The notes beneath the pieces are model-generated. The model had not been told where the DNA came from. It was given only the letters and a program-made list of their open reading frames with translations, and searched no databases. From a virus (lineage: Duplodnaviria > Caudoviricetes): a stretch of 64,000 nt of DNA. The DNA lies in IMG/VR virus record IMGVR_UViG_3300001868_000007, positions 1 to 64,000 of that record; one strand, given 5' to 3'. Shown piece after piece: positions 55,193 through 64,000 of the stretch. A program made the position numbers and the translations under genes. Positions within the stretch are counted from its first letter, which is position 1; every line of letters starts with the position of its first letter.

Positions 55193-56397
55193 TGTTTCAA
55201 AAAACACTAGATAGAATCGGACAACTTCTTGCTTTAAAGAAGAATAAAACTCACTACTCTGATTGTGTGATTAGAGATGAGAAAGGTAGAATTTGTTTAC
55301 TTCATCGATCATATCAAGCTGATTTTGAACCAGGTAAATGGTGTTTACCTGGAGGACATATCGAAGAAGGGGAAGAACCAATAGTTGCAGCAGCTCGCGA
55401 ACTTGAAGAAGAAACTGGTTATAAAGACATACCATTGTCTTATATTGACAAGATTGATCGTAAAGATAGTGTTAGTCTGTACTACGAAGGATTCGTTTGG
55501 AGTGGAACAGCAGTTCTTCTTGATAACGACGAGCATTATCGAATTCAATGGGTTAGATCAGAAGATCTCGATGATTATGAACTATTATGTGATCTCAAAG
55601 ATATACTCGCAAAATTACCGTTGTCTCCAGTTCCTACACTTCCAGAAGTAGCTCCGGCAGGAGAAGATTTATATACTTCGTGGCAAAACAACTTCGCATC
55701 ATTTGATGAAGGCAAAATCAACGAAGCAACATTCTTTAAAACTATTGAAATCCACAAAGCTGTCGCTGCTTACGAATTAGTAACCAGAGCTTTTGATAAT
55801 GACGAAATCACGCCGGAAGAATTCAGTAGAGTTCATAGAGTCGAAAAAGCAGAAGGATTCGATCAAGCTCTTGAGCTTGCAAAAGAAACTGACACTGAAG
55901 TGTTGGAGGATATCGTGAAGGGTGGAAGAAAAGCTATGATCGGCGAAAAGAGAACTTTTGGTGGCAGAGAATATATTAAGACAGTCGATGGTTGGAAGTT
56001 TCATGGGAAAGGAACTGGCTCAAAAGCTCAAGAGCATGTAAAGAACAGCTCTGAGAAGAAAGAAGATAATTCTGATATTCAAGATAAATTGGATTATTTT
56101 AAAGAACTTTCACCAGAAGAGCAAACTCAATATCATAAAACTCTTACTGAAAAATGGATTCCTGAAACAGAAGAGAGTCTTAAAAATGCTTCAGGAGCTT
56201 CGAAAGAAATCTACGAAAAACAAAGCAAATTTGAGCAACAACTTCTCTTATCGATTGAAAAAATTATAAAAGATGATAAAGTTGAAAAAATGGACACAGG
56301 ATCTGTTCCTGGAGCTGAGACAGTAACTGAAAACGGAAAGTTAGTAAAAAGCGAAGATAAAGAAATAACTAAAGCAGATCATACAAAATGGCTATAA
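55192..56397 (+). CDS. Nudix hydrolase fused to the family-B capsid-internal motif
   Basis: Nudix box GGHIEEGEEPIVAAARELEEETGY; later KGGRKAMIGEKRTFGGREYIKTVDGWKFHGKGTG. Confidence 0.8.
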   Translation: MFQKTLDRIGQLLALKKNKTHYSDCVIRDEKGRICLLHRSYQADFEPGKWCLPGGHIEEGEEPIVAAARELEEETGYKDIPLSYIDKIDRKDSVSLYYEGFVWSGTAVLLDNDEHYRIQWVRSEDLDDYELLCDLKDILAKLPLSPVPTLPEVAPAGEDLYTSWQNNFASFDEGKINEATFFKTIEIHKAVAAYELVTRAFDNDEITPEEFSRVHRVEKAEGFDQALELAKETDTEVLEDIVKGGRKAMIGEKRTFGGREYIKTVDGWKFHGKGTGSKAQEHVKNSSEKKEDNSDIQDKLDYFKELSPEEQTQYHKTLTEKWIPETEESLKNASGASKEIYEKQSKFEQQLLLSIEKIIKDDKVEKMDTGSVPGAETVTENGKLVKSEDKEITKADHTKWL

Positions 56398-56879
56398 TAT
56401 CAAATAAGGCGATCGAGTTACTCAACTACAGAATAGCTCAAGAAGAAGCAAGCTCACGACTATACAAGTCAATGGCAGTATGGTTAGATTACAACGGTTA
56501 CTCAGGAGCAGCTTCTTTATGGCAGAAATACTCCGATGAAGAATTAGTTCATGCAGGATTCTCCTACGACTATCTACTCGATTTGAACATCAAACCTACA
56601 GTACCGGTAATCGAGAAACCAACTGGAGAATTCAGAGATTTGCCCCAGATCATAGCTGCCTCTTTTCAGCACGAAGTTGAAATTACAAATCAATGTAAAG
56701 TTTTAGCGAAGAGTGTAGCAGATGAAGACGATTACATGACACTAACCTTAGCTCAGAAATACCTTTCAGAACAGGTGGATGAGCTCAAAAAAACGCAATT
56801 CTTAGTAGACCAACTCAACATCTTTGGAACAGATAAAATCGCTCTACAATTACTCGATACTAAATTAGGAGAGCTATAA
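56388..56879 (+). CDS. ftnA: Non-haem ferritin
   Basis: Ferroxidase-centre pattern QEE…LY, EELVH, HE, EQVDE; four-helix bundle length. Confidence 0.85.
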   Translation: MAIISNKAIELLNYRIAQEEASSRLYKSMAVWLDYNGYSGAASLWQKYSDEELVHAGFSYDYLLDLNIKPTVPVIEKPTGEFRDLPQIIAASFQHEVEITNQCKVLAKSVADEDDYMTLTLAQKYLSEQVDELKKTQFLVDQLNIFGTDKIALQLLDTKLGEL

Positions 56880-56880
56880 C

Positions 56881-58551
56881 ATGAACACAACAAGCAACAA
56901 ATTTAATTTCTTCGTACCGTTAAGCTTTGAAAAAGGAACAGACGGTAAGGGAGCGTCAGTTGTAAAGATAAAAGGTGTTGCTTCTTCAGAAGCGGAAGAC
57001 TCTGATGGAGAGACATTAATTCCAGCAGGATTTGATTTTGGACCACTACTGAAGACAGGATTCTTAAATTGGAATCATCAAGCGGGAAAATCAGCGAAAG
57101 CAATTTGTGGAGAACCAACAAGCGCTAAAATCATCAACAACGGAAAAGATTTCTACATTGAAGGATTTCTCTATCCAAACGCTCAAGGTAAAGAGGTAGC
57201 AGATTTAGCAGAGACTCTTGAGATGTATTCTCCAAACAGACGTCTTGGATTCTCTATCGAAGGACAAGCAACTGAAAAAGATCCAATGAATGAAAAAAGG
57301 ATTACTAAAGCTCGCATCACTGGAGTAGCAATTACACAGAGTCCAAAAAATCCAAACACACTCATGTCAATCATCAAAGGAGAAACAGATGATCTCTATA
57401 TTGAAGATGAAGAGTTAACTGACGAAGAAAAGAAAAAACAAGAAGAAGAAAAAAAGAAAAAAGAAGGTACGACTGAGAAGGCCATGGATACTGAGGCGAT
57501 GACCCCAGCTATGCCTGAGTCAGTCGAACATAAAGAAAAGCCCACTGTTGGGTTATCGTTAAACAAAAGTGAAGTTTACATTCAAATCTACGATCGGTAT
57601 ACAACTGACGTAATCAAAGCAAAAGAAATTTTCAATTTTATATCAAACGTCAACGAAAAACTTTTCAATATGACAAAAGGTGAAAAAATAACTGAAGAAA
57701 CTCTTCAGAAATCTTTCGAGATTCTCGATGGACTTGTAAAAGGTAAAGAAGACACAGAAGAAGGTGTTAACAAGATCAAAGAAAAAGAAGAGGAAGAAGA
57801 TGAAGAAAAAACTGAACCTGCAACTTCTGGTAAAGAAGTAGCTGAAGAAGAAACTGAAGAAGTAAAAAAAGCGAAAGCTTGCACCTCAATGGCGAAAAGT
57901 TTATTGTCTACCGGTATGGCTCAAGGCGACGTTGTGAAAGCAATGACTGCTGTAGGAGTGGATCTAACAATGGCAGAAACATCTTGTCAAGCTTGTATTT
58001 CTCAAGCAGAAGCTTTGAAAGAAAACGGTGGAACTATAACAACTGAAACAGCTCCTATCGTTAAGGGAGAAGAGTCAGTTATTTTAGAATCAACTCCAGA
58101 TCCAGTTCTTGACCTTGTAAAAGGTTTACAAAACGGTTTAGGAGAAGGATTCAAAGCTATTGGCGTAATTCTGAAATCAGTAGTTGATGAAAGAAACGAT
58201 TTGAAAGAAACTCTCAACACTCTTCAAAAAGGTTTCGATGATCTTTCAGATGACTTCGAAAAACTTGCAGAAACTCCAGCAGCTCCAAAATCAAAACGTA
58301 CAGTCAAGTCAATCGAACGTTTTGAAAAAGGAGAAGAAGAAGGCAACGAAGATATGTATTGTATTAATAACGCAGCAGACGTAAAACGTTTAGGTGACCG
58401 TATCATGGGTCATGTCGAAATTTTGAAATCAAAAGGACAAGAAGATTTACAACTTGAAAAAGCAATAGCTGATCTTGAGATCAGTAAATCAACCGACTAT
58501 ACAGCAATAGCTCCTAAATTAAGAGCATTGAACATCACATTAGTGAAGTAA
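56881..58551 (+). CDS. Prohead protease with a C-terminal scaffold region
   Basis: IKGVAS…DSDGE, LNWNH, GFSIEG, VAITQSPKNP; acidic coiled-coil C-terminus. Confidence 0.85.
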   Translation: MNTTSNKFNFFVPLSFEKGTDGKGASVVKIKGVASSEAEDSDGETLIPAGFDFGPLLKTGFLNWNHQAGKSAKAICGEPTSAKIINNGKDFYIEGFLYPNAQGKEVADLAETLEMYSPNRRLGFSIEGQATEKDPMNEKRITKARITGVAITQSPKNPNTLMSIIKGETDDLYIEDEELTDEEKKKQEEEKKKKEGTTEKAMDTEAMTPAMPESVEHKEKPTVGLSLNKSEVYIQIYDRYTTDVIKAKEIFNFISNVNEKLFNMTKGEKITEETLQKSFEILDGLVKGKEDTEEGVNKIKEKEEEEDEEKTEPATSGKEVAEEETEEVKKAKACTSMAKSLLSTGMAQGDVVKAMTAVGVDLTMAETSCQACISQAEALKENGGTITTETAPIVKGEESVILESTPDPVLDLVKGLQNGLGEGFKAIGVILKSVVDERNDLKETLNTLQKGFDDLSDDFEKLAETPAAPKSKRTVKSIERFEKGEEEGNEDMYCINNAADVKRLGDRIMGHVEILKSKGQEDLQLEKAIADLEISKSTDYTAIAPKLRALNITLVK

Positions 58552-58611
58552 TCAAATCGTGAATCGCATTTAGAGATCGTTAATCGCAAAATTACAAACA
58601 AAAATACAATC

Positions 58612-60078
58612 ATGGTAGGATTAAATGACTATGTTGATGGTTTTGGTGGAACCGAGCAAGAAGGTCAATTAGAGTTGCAAAAAGCAATGTCTGCAGGCCA
58701 AATTACCGGTAGAGAAACCACAGGTTTATCATTAACTCAAGAACCTCTGAAAGCAGAGTCTCTTGAAAAAACACTGAAATTACTTGAATTTCGGACAACG
58801 GATATCAAATTATTCAACGCTATTCCTAAGCTAACAGCTTATAACACTGTTGAAGAATTCTTGCAATTATCAAGTTACGGTTCTCAACGCGGAGGTTTCT
58901 ATAATGAAGGCGAACTTTCAGATGTAGAAGATTCTAAATATATCCGTCGGTCTGAGTTGATAAAATACATGCAGGTTACCGGTGAAGTAACAATGCAGGC
59001 TCAAATGGTACGTTCGTACGTTGATGCAATGCGTAAGGAAGTTGAAAACAAAATGATGTGGATCATGCGTTTAGCCAACACAACTTTGACAAAAGGTGAC
59101 GCTGACATTATTCCTCAGGAATTCAACTCTATCTACAAACAACACGCAAGTATTGGCGCAACACAAGATTTCTTGTATCCAACTTTCGAAGCTTACTACA
59201 ACAGTGGTACAGTAGTTGATTTACGCGGAAAGAGTTTGAAACAATCTGATGTTGAAAATGGCGCTATCAAAGTAGATGAAAACTACGGTACAATCTCTCA
59301 CTTGGCTGCTCCAACAACTGTTCTTTCAGCTTTAGCTCAAGACTATTTCGAAACTCAACGCATCATCCAAAACGGTACTGGATTTGAAGGTAAAATTGGA
59401 GTTGTTCCAAAAGTGATCTCAACAACTATGGGAGACGCAGCTTTGATGGGTGACAAATTTATGAAGGCAGATCCTTCAAAAAATTCAGCTACTCCTTCAA
59501 CTTCTACGAAAGCTCCTTCTGCTCCAACGATCTCTACAGTTGCAACTGCTGCTGACGCGTTATCGAAATATGTAACCGGTGAATTGGGTGACTGTTTCTA
59601 TGCAGTATCTGCAATCAATCGTTACGGTGAATCAAACTTAGCTATCCACGCTACTCCAATCACATTGGCTGCTGGTTATTCTGTGGATTTGACTTTTGTT
59701 GCTGGTGCTGGATCAAACGTAACTAACGGTTATGTGATCTTCCGCACGAAAATCACTACTGCTACTACTCCTGCAGGTTTAGAATTTTATCCTATCTTCC
59801 GAGTTGGCTCTGCAAATCTTTCTGCAGGATTCAATAACGGAGCTCCCGGTACAATTCGCGACGCTGGATATTTCTTACCAAACACTGAACAAGCATTCTT
59901 GACTCAGATTGATGAAGAAGTTGTAGCATTCAAACAATTGGCTCCAATCTCGAAATTGGACTTAGCTGTATTGTCTATGAGCCGCAGATTTATTACATTT
60001 TTATTCGGAACGACCCAGGTGTATGCGCCAAAAAAGATCATACGTTACATCAACGTAGGGAAAACTTTAACAGCTTAA
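58612..60078 (+). CDS. Major capsid protein (SPO1/Twort-like) with an Ig/FN3-like insertion
   Basis: LQKAM…LKAESLEKTLKLL…FYNEGE…YIRR; YAVSAINRYGES insertion; strong terminator after. Confidence 0.88.
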   Translation: MVGLNDYVDGFGGTEQEGQLELQKAMSAGQITGRETTGLSLTQEPLKAESLEKTLKLLEFRTTDIKLFNAIPKLTAYNTVEEFLQLSSYGSQRGGFYNEGELSDVEDSKYIRRSELIKYMQVTGEVTMQAQMVRSYVDAMRKEVENKMMWIMRLANTTLTKGDADIIPQEFNSIYKQHASIGATQDFLYPTFEAYYNSGTVVDLRGKSLKQSDVENGAIKVDENYGTISHLAAPTTVLSALAQDYFETQRIIQNGTGFEGKIGVVPKVISTTMGDAALMGDKFMKADPSKNSATPSTSTKAPSAPTISTVATAADALSKYVTGELGDCFYAVSAINRYGESNLAIHATPITLAAGYSVDLTFVAGAGSNVTNGYVIFRTKITTATTPAGLEFYPIFRVGSANLSAGFNNGAPGTIRDAGYFLPNTEQAFLTQIDEEVVAFKQLAPISKLDLAVLSMSRRFITFLFGTTQVYAPKKIIRYINVGKTLTA

Positions 60079-60099
60079 TTGTTGTTTAAATATATAATT

Positions 60100-60134
60100 A
60101 AGAAGCGTCGCCTATATTGTGCGACGCTTCTTTT
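60100..60134 (+). terminator. Rho-independent terminator after the MCP gene
   Basis: AAGAAGCGTCGC…GCGACGCTTCTT followed by TT. Confidence 0.85.
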
Positions 60135-60186
60135 GCTTTAAGGAAATAGTTTACTGATATTTACGCAAATTATAAACATTTTAAAG

Positions 60187-60648
60187 ATGGTATTATTAAA
60201 AACAACACTGCAACACAAATGGGGTAGAAACGCCTGCCTTCCAATCATTGGAGATGTAACTATCTCAGAAGAAGGAACTATCGAAGTAGAATCTGAAGAG
60301 ATTGCTCAACAGATTGAAGATCTTGAAATTGGTTTCAGTATAGCTGAAGAGGTAGAAATAACTACTACCACAACCGAAGCGACAACAACAACTACCACTA
60401 CCGAGTTGATCGTAGAGAAAGTTGAAAAAGACGAACTCAATCCTGAAAGCGAAACCGAACTTCATAAAGAAAGTCAAGGCGACGAAACCGATCTAATCTC
60501 TCAACTTGAAAAAGAAATCTTCTTTGCTTCGCTTGAAGAAAAGAAGCTTGAAGAATTGAAAGAGTTAGCAAAAGACTTTCCTGGTAAAGAATGGAGAGCT
60601 TTGAAAAAAGAAGATTTGATCATTTATTTGAAAGAAAAATTAGCTTAA
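60187..60648 (+). CDS. Hypothetical protein with a Thr run and a C-terminal HeH/Rho-N-like motif
   Basis: TTTTTEATTTTTTT; KKLEELKELAK…LKKEDLI. Confidence 0.55.
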   Translation: MVLLKTTLQHKWGRNACLPIIGDVTISEEGTIEVESEEIAQQIEDLEIGFSIAEEVEITTTTTEATTTTTTTELIVEKVEKDELNPESETELHKESQGDETDLISQLEKEIFFASLEEKKLEELKELAKDFPGKEWRALKKEDLIIYLKEKLA

Positions 60649-60654
60649 TACAAC

Positions 60655-61503
60655 ATGCCTCAAATAAACTTTAGTATAATAATTAATAAGAGCACTCGAC
60701 AGATTTTATCTGTTGAAGAGTTCAAACAGAAGTATTTGTTTGGTCTACCCCTTGAAAAAGATGGAGTACTCATACCAGCAGAGATCTATGAGCACTATCT
60801 AAGTGCAGCTAAGGAACAAGTTGAGGATTTATTGAATTTAAGACTAAACAGAGAAATTATCAGAGAGCAAAAAGACTTCTTCTACGACGATTGGGTACAT
60901 TGGAGTTACACGAAAGCGACTTATCCGGTAGTGTACCCAATTGCGTTGAAAGGTTATCTCGGCACAACTAAACAAGTTGATTATCCTCGTTCATGGTTAC
61001 AAGCTCGCAAAACAAGCGATAATAAATTGTATAGTCGACTTCTTTACATGGTCCCAACTTACAATTCAGTCACAAGTCAGAACTCAATTATCTTCTCAGG
61101 AGTAATGCCTAATCTGAATTGGTTCGCTTCTTACGGAGCTAACGGTCAAATTCCATCGTATTGGAACCAAGAATACATCACAGGGTTCGATAAAATTCCA
61201 TCAGACATTATTCATGTTATTGGAATGCTCGCTAGCATCTCTTTTTTGGCAGTTCTAAGTGATATGCTGATGGGAAATCGTCAAGCTGGGGAAACTGGCT
61301 CAGGAATAGGTTGGGGTTTAAATTCAAAGAGTATTTCGATAGACGGATTATCACAATCGTTGTCAAGTGGAGCGACAAGCGGTATCTTTAAGGCACGGAT
61401 CCAACAATATCAACAAACTCTTGGAGATCTTAGAGGTCAAAAATCCGGAGAATTGCAACGATTGATCGATTATTATAACGGTATTTTAATGATTTGCGCA
61501 TAA
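60655..61503 (+). CDS. Head-tail connector/neck protein
   Basis: Position after MCP; YITGFDKIPSDI…SISIDGLSQS pattern. Confidence 0.6.
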   Translation: MPQINFSIIINKSTRQILSVEEFKQKYLFGLPLEKDGVLIPAEIYEHYLSAAKEQVEDLLNLRLNREIIREQKDFFYDDWVHWSYTKATYPVVYPIALKGYLGTTKQVDYPRSWLQARKTSDNKLYSRLLYMVPTYNSVTSQNSIIFSGVMPNLNWFASYGANGQIPSYWNQEYITGFDKIPSDIIHVIGMLASISFLAVLSDMLMGNRQAGETGSGIGWGLNSKSISIDGLSQSLSSGATSGIFKARIQQYQQTLGDLRGQKSGELQRLIDYYNGILMICA

Positions 61504-61505
61504 TT

Positions 61506-61985
61506 ATGAATGAATTTCAAAAAGCTCAGAGCGAGCGTATTTTAGGTTGTTACGGCGAAAGTTCGGAAACTCTTTTAGAAAAAGGTGGAGAAGGTGCTCG
61601 TGGCGGAAAGGTTATCGGTCACACAAAATCAGGTAAACCAGTATATGCAAATCTAAAAGCTGACCACGAGAATTATAAACATTTCACTTCAACAGATCAT
61701 AAAGAAGCTGCAAGCCTTCACAATGACGCTAAGCAATTCCTTCACCCTCGTGAAAACGCAGGAGAGATGGATAAGCACCGTAGTGCATCAGAGAGTCACA
61801 TTGAAACAAGTCATCGCCCCTACAAGAATCATTCAAAAGAAGAATTACACAAACTTGCAGATAAGAAAGCTGGAAGGGATCGTGCTGACGCAGTAGATGA
61901 ATTAGCTAATCGCTACAGAGAGTCTCATCCAGGACAGACAGCTAACACATCGGCTTTAGATAGATCTGATCCCAAAACACATTAA
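61506..61985 (+). CDS. His-rich putative capsid-internal protein (family B')
   Basis: NEFQKAQSERIL..YGESSETLLEKGGEGARGGKVIGHTKSGKPVY. Confidence 0.5.
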   Translation: MNEFQKAQSERILGCYGESSETLLEKGGEGARGGKVIGHTKSGKPVYANLKADHENYKHFTSTDHKEAASLHNDAKQFLHPRENAGEMDKHRSASESHIETSHRPYKNHSKEELHKLADKKAGRDRADAVDELANRYRESHPGQTANTSALDRSDPKTH

Positions 61986-61988
61986 CCA

Positions 61989-62750
61989 ATGCCACTTCAA
62001 CCAACTAACCTTCCGCCTCCAAGAGCTGATCTCGACAAAGCTGAGTTCGAAAAGCTTATTGATCAAAAAGGTGGAGATGTGATCTTTGAAAAAGCACTTG
62101 AATGTCCTTGTAAATCAAAATCTACCAATCAACAAAGTGACTGTAAAAACTGCGGAGGAACTGGATGGGTATTCATTAATCCAGTACAGACACGAATGAT
62201 CTTGACTGCAATCAATATCGTAACAGATTTCAAGGCATGGTCAGAGGAAATGAGAGGAACTGTCAACATTACTTGTAAAGCTGAAGAGCAACTTTCAGTG
62301 ATGGATAAAATAACCGTTCTAAACGGAGAAGCTATTTTCAATGAAGTACTCTTTTTGAGAAAGAAGGGCGAAGAAGTTTTTTGCTACACTACGTACGCTG
62401 TAAAGGAGATTTTATATGTAGGCATGTTCGTAGCAACAGACGAACCATTACTAAGATTGATTGAGGGCGCTGATTTCACAATTGAAGGCAGCATTTTCAA
62501 ATTAACAAATCTCGATCTTCTTGGAAGTGACTCAACTGGTGAGAATACATCTTTCACAATAAGATATAAACACGCTCCTGAGTTTCACGTAATTGAAATG
62601 CGGAGAGAAACAATGCAAACATTCGAGTGGCGAGGAACTGAAAGACTTCAAAGCATGCCAGTTTCAGCAATAGCTCGAAGAGCACATTATCAACTAAAAG
62701 CAAACAATCTCCTTGGAGATAGATTAATCGATAATTCATATATAGAATAA
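61989..62750 (+). CDS. Neck/head-closure protein (SPO1/Twort-like)
   Basis: EKALECPC…CKNCGGTGW…RYKHAP. Confidence 0.65.
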   Translation: MPLQPTNLPPPRADLDKAEFEKLIDQKGGDVIFEKALECPCKSKSTNQQSDCKNCGGTGWVFINPVQTRMILTAINIVTDFKAWSEEMRGTVNITCKAEEQLSVMDKITVLNGEAIFNEVLFLRKKGEEVFCYTTYAVKEILYVGMFVATDEPLLRLIEGADFTIEGSIFKLTNLDLLGSDSTGENTSFTIRYKHAPEFHVIEMRRETMQTFEWRGTERLQSMPVSAIARRAHYQLKANNLLGDRLIDNSYIE

Positions 62751-62751
62751 T

Positions 62752-63123
62752 ATGCTAAACGAAATCCAAAAAGCACAAAGTGCACGCATTCTTGCTACTT
62801 ATGGCGAAACTTCAGAAAGTATTCTTGAAAAGAGTGGCGAAGGCTCCAAAGGTGGCAAAATCATAGGACATACTAAATCCGGGAAACCCATTTATGAACA
62901 CTCGATACATACTTCAAAAGATTTTACTGCGGAAGATCACAGTGATGCAACGAGTGCTCATATGAAAGCTGCAAAATCAGCGAACGAAAAGAAGCAATTT
63001 CTTCACCCAAAAGAAAACGCAGGAGAGATGGAAAAATTGCGGAATCAATCTCAACATCATTCTTCAATGGCTGAGCTACATTCAAATGCAATAAATCAGA
63101 AATATGACGAAAAGAAAGACTAA
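62752..63123 (+). CDS. His-rich putative capsid-internal protein (paralog of 61506)
   Basis: NEIQKAQSARIL..YGETSESILEKSGEGSKGGKIIGHTKSGKPIY; LHPKENAGEM. Confidence 0.5.
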   Translation: MLNEIQKAQSARILATYGETSESILEKSGEGSKGGKIIGHTKSGKPIYEHSIHTSKDFTAEDHSDATSAHMKAAKSANEKKQFLHPKENAGEMEKLRNQSQHHSSMAELHSNAINQKYDEKKD

Positions 63124-63933
63124 ATGATCGTACCAATTATCATAGATGGATCAGCTTTACAGCAACAGTTTGCTCTCAGTTCAGATCAAATTGAATCCAT
63201 TTGCGATAATATAGCCAAAACCCTTGCAGTACGCTACGCACAACAACTAGAGCAAGAAGCAAATAACGCACTTCACTCCACTAGGCAACGCTATATTAAA
63301 AGTGTACACGTAGTTGATTCTGGAAGAGCGGAAAGTATGGTAGTTCTTGACTACTCAAAAGATAAGTTGATTCAAATGCTTGAAGAAGGTGCAAGTCCCT
63401 TCGACGAAAAAACAAAATTATTAGCAAGCACAAAAGCTAAGATTGGTAAAAATGGAGGAAGATATATAACTGTTCCAATGCGTTGGGGAACTCCTGGTAT
63501 AGTAGGAGAGAGTGACGTATTCACAGGGATACTACCACAACAAGTTTACGATGTTGTAAAAGCAAAGTCTACAAATATTCCAGTAAGTGGAGGAGGTTCA
63601 AGAAGTGCTGGATTAAGCGCAGGAGAAATTCCTAGTCCGTTTAACGCGATAGGAAGCAGAGCTCCAATAGTAGATTCAGTAGGAAAAGTACTTTTCAACG
63701 AATACCAACACAAGACCTCAATTTATCAAGGAGTCTCAAAGAAAACAGATCTATCTACTGGACAAAATACATATAACTCATTCCGTAGAGTAAGTGAAAA
63801 TAGCGATAAAGACGCTTTCATTCACCCAGGAATTGAGCAATACAACTTAATTCAGCGTGCTTTAGACAACTTCGATAGAGATAATATTGTATCAATAGCT
63901 ATAGATCAAGAATTAATCAATTTAGGTTTTTAA
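63124..63933 (+). CDS. Neck/tail-completion protein (SPO1/Twort-like)
   Basis: YITVPMRWGTP…YNSFRRVSENS…FIHPG. Confidence 0.6.
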   Translation: MIVPIIIDGSALQQQFALSSDQIESICDNIAKTLAVRYAQQLEQEANNALHSTRQRYIKSVHVVDSGRAESMVVLDYSKDKLIQMLEEGASPFDEKTKLLASTKAKIGKNGGRYITVPMRWGTPGIVGESDVFTGILPQQVYDVVKAKSTNIPVSGGGSRSAGLSAGEIPSPFNAIGSRAPIVDSVGKVLFNEYQHKTSIYQGVSKKTDLSTGQNTYNSFRRVSENSDKDAFIHPGIEQYNLIQRALDNFDRDNIVSIAIDQELINLGF

Positions 63934-63935
63934 AA

Positions 63936-64000
63936 ATGCAGACATTAATCGTTCCAGAAACTATTATACTTGATTCTCTTGAAAAAGCGTTACAATTTGT
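63936..64000 (+). CDS. 5' end of the next structural gene (truncated by the window)
   Basis: ATG MQTLIVPETIILDSLEKALQF… open to the edge. Confidence 0.45.
   Translation, partial: MQTLIVPETIILDSLEKALQF

Noticed and set aside
931-63136. All minus-strand ORFs and short alternate-frame + ORFs in the track (e.g. 931-1176, 12567-12911, 14036-14458, 34179-34592, 54318-54605)
   Set aside because: They lie wholly opposite or inside well-supported genes, have F/S/L-rich shadow composition and carry no motifs.
1-64000. Genome-wide stop-codon reassignment
   Set aside because: All long conserved genes read through under code 11, there is only one suspicious TAG, and no suppressor tRNA was found.

Overview
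This is a 64 kb segment of a large lytic dsDNA phage. It is probably a jumbo myovirus with a SPO1/Twort(Herelleviridae)-like head/neck module. The host is probably Bacteroidota: the promoters carry TAnnTTT -7 boxes, the starts are A-rich without Shine-Dalgarno sites, and RecA is Bacteroides-like. Every credible gene is on the + strand and uses the standard code. From left to right the window holds: (1) a replication and nucleotide block (DnaE C-terminus, class II RNR, ThyX, RecA, MazG, ligase, UvsY-like, gp32-like SSB, ACP, HU, SbcCD, RuvC-like) interleaved with a 7-deazaguanine DNA-modification set (FolE, QueD, QueE, DpdL-like, DpdA-like; no QueC in the window); (2) an accessory region of small ORFs driven by a repeated ACATAC-N4-GTTG-N19-GTAnnTT promoter, with a candidate origin, UvrD, GroES and an intein-containing terminase; (3) tail-fibre and LRR receptor-binding genes; (4) an RNA operon (degenerate tRNAs, tmRNA with a 26-aa tag, an unexplained structured RNA); (5) SF2 helicase, DnaQ and RNase H; (6) portal, lysis genes, MuF, a Nudix fusion, ferritin, prohead protease, major capsid and neck genes, plus a family of putative capsid-internal proteins with shared leader motifs. 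All family calls come from motifs recognised by eye; no database searches were run.
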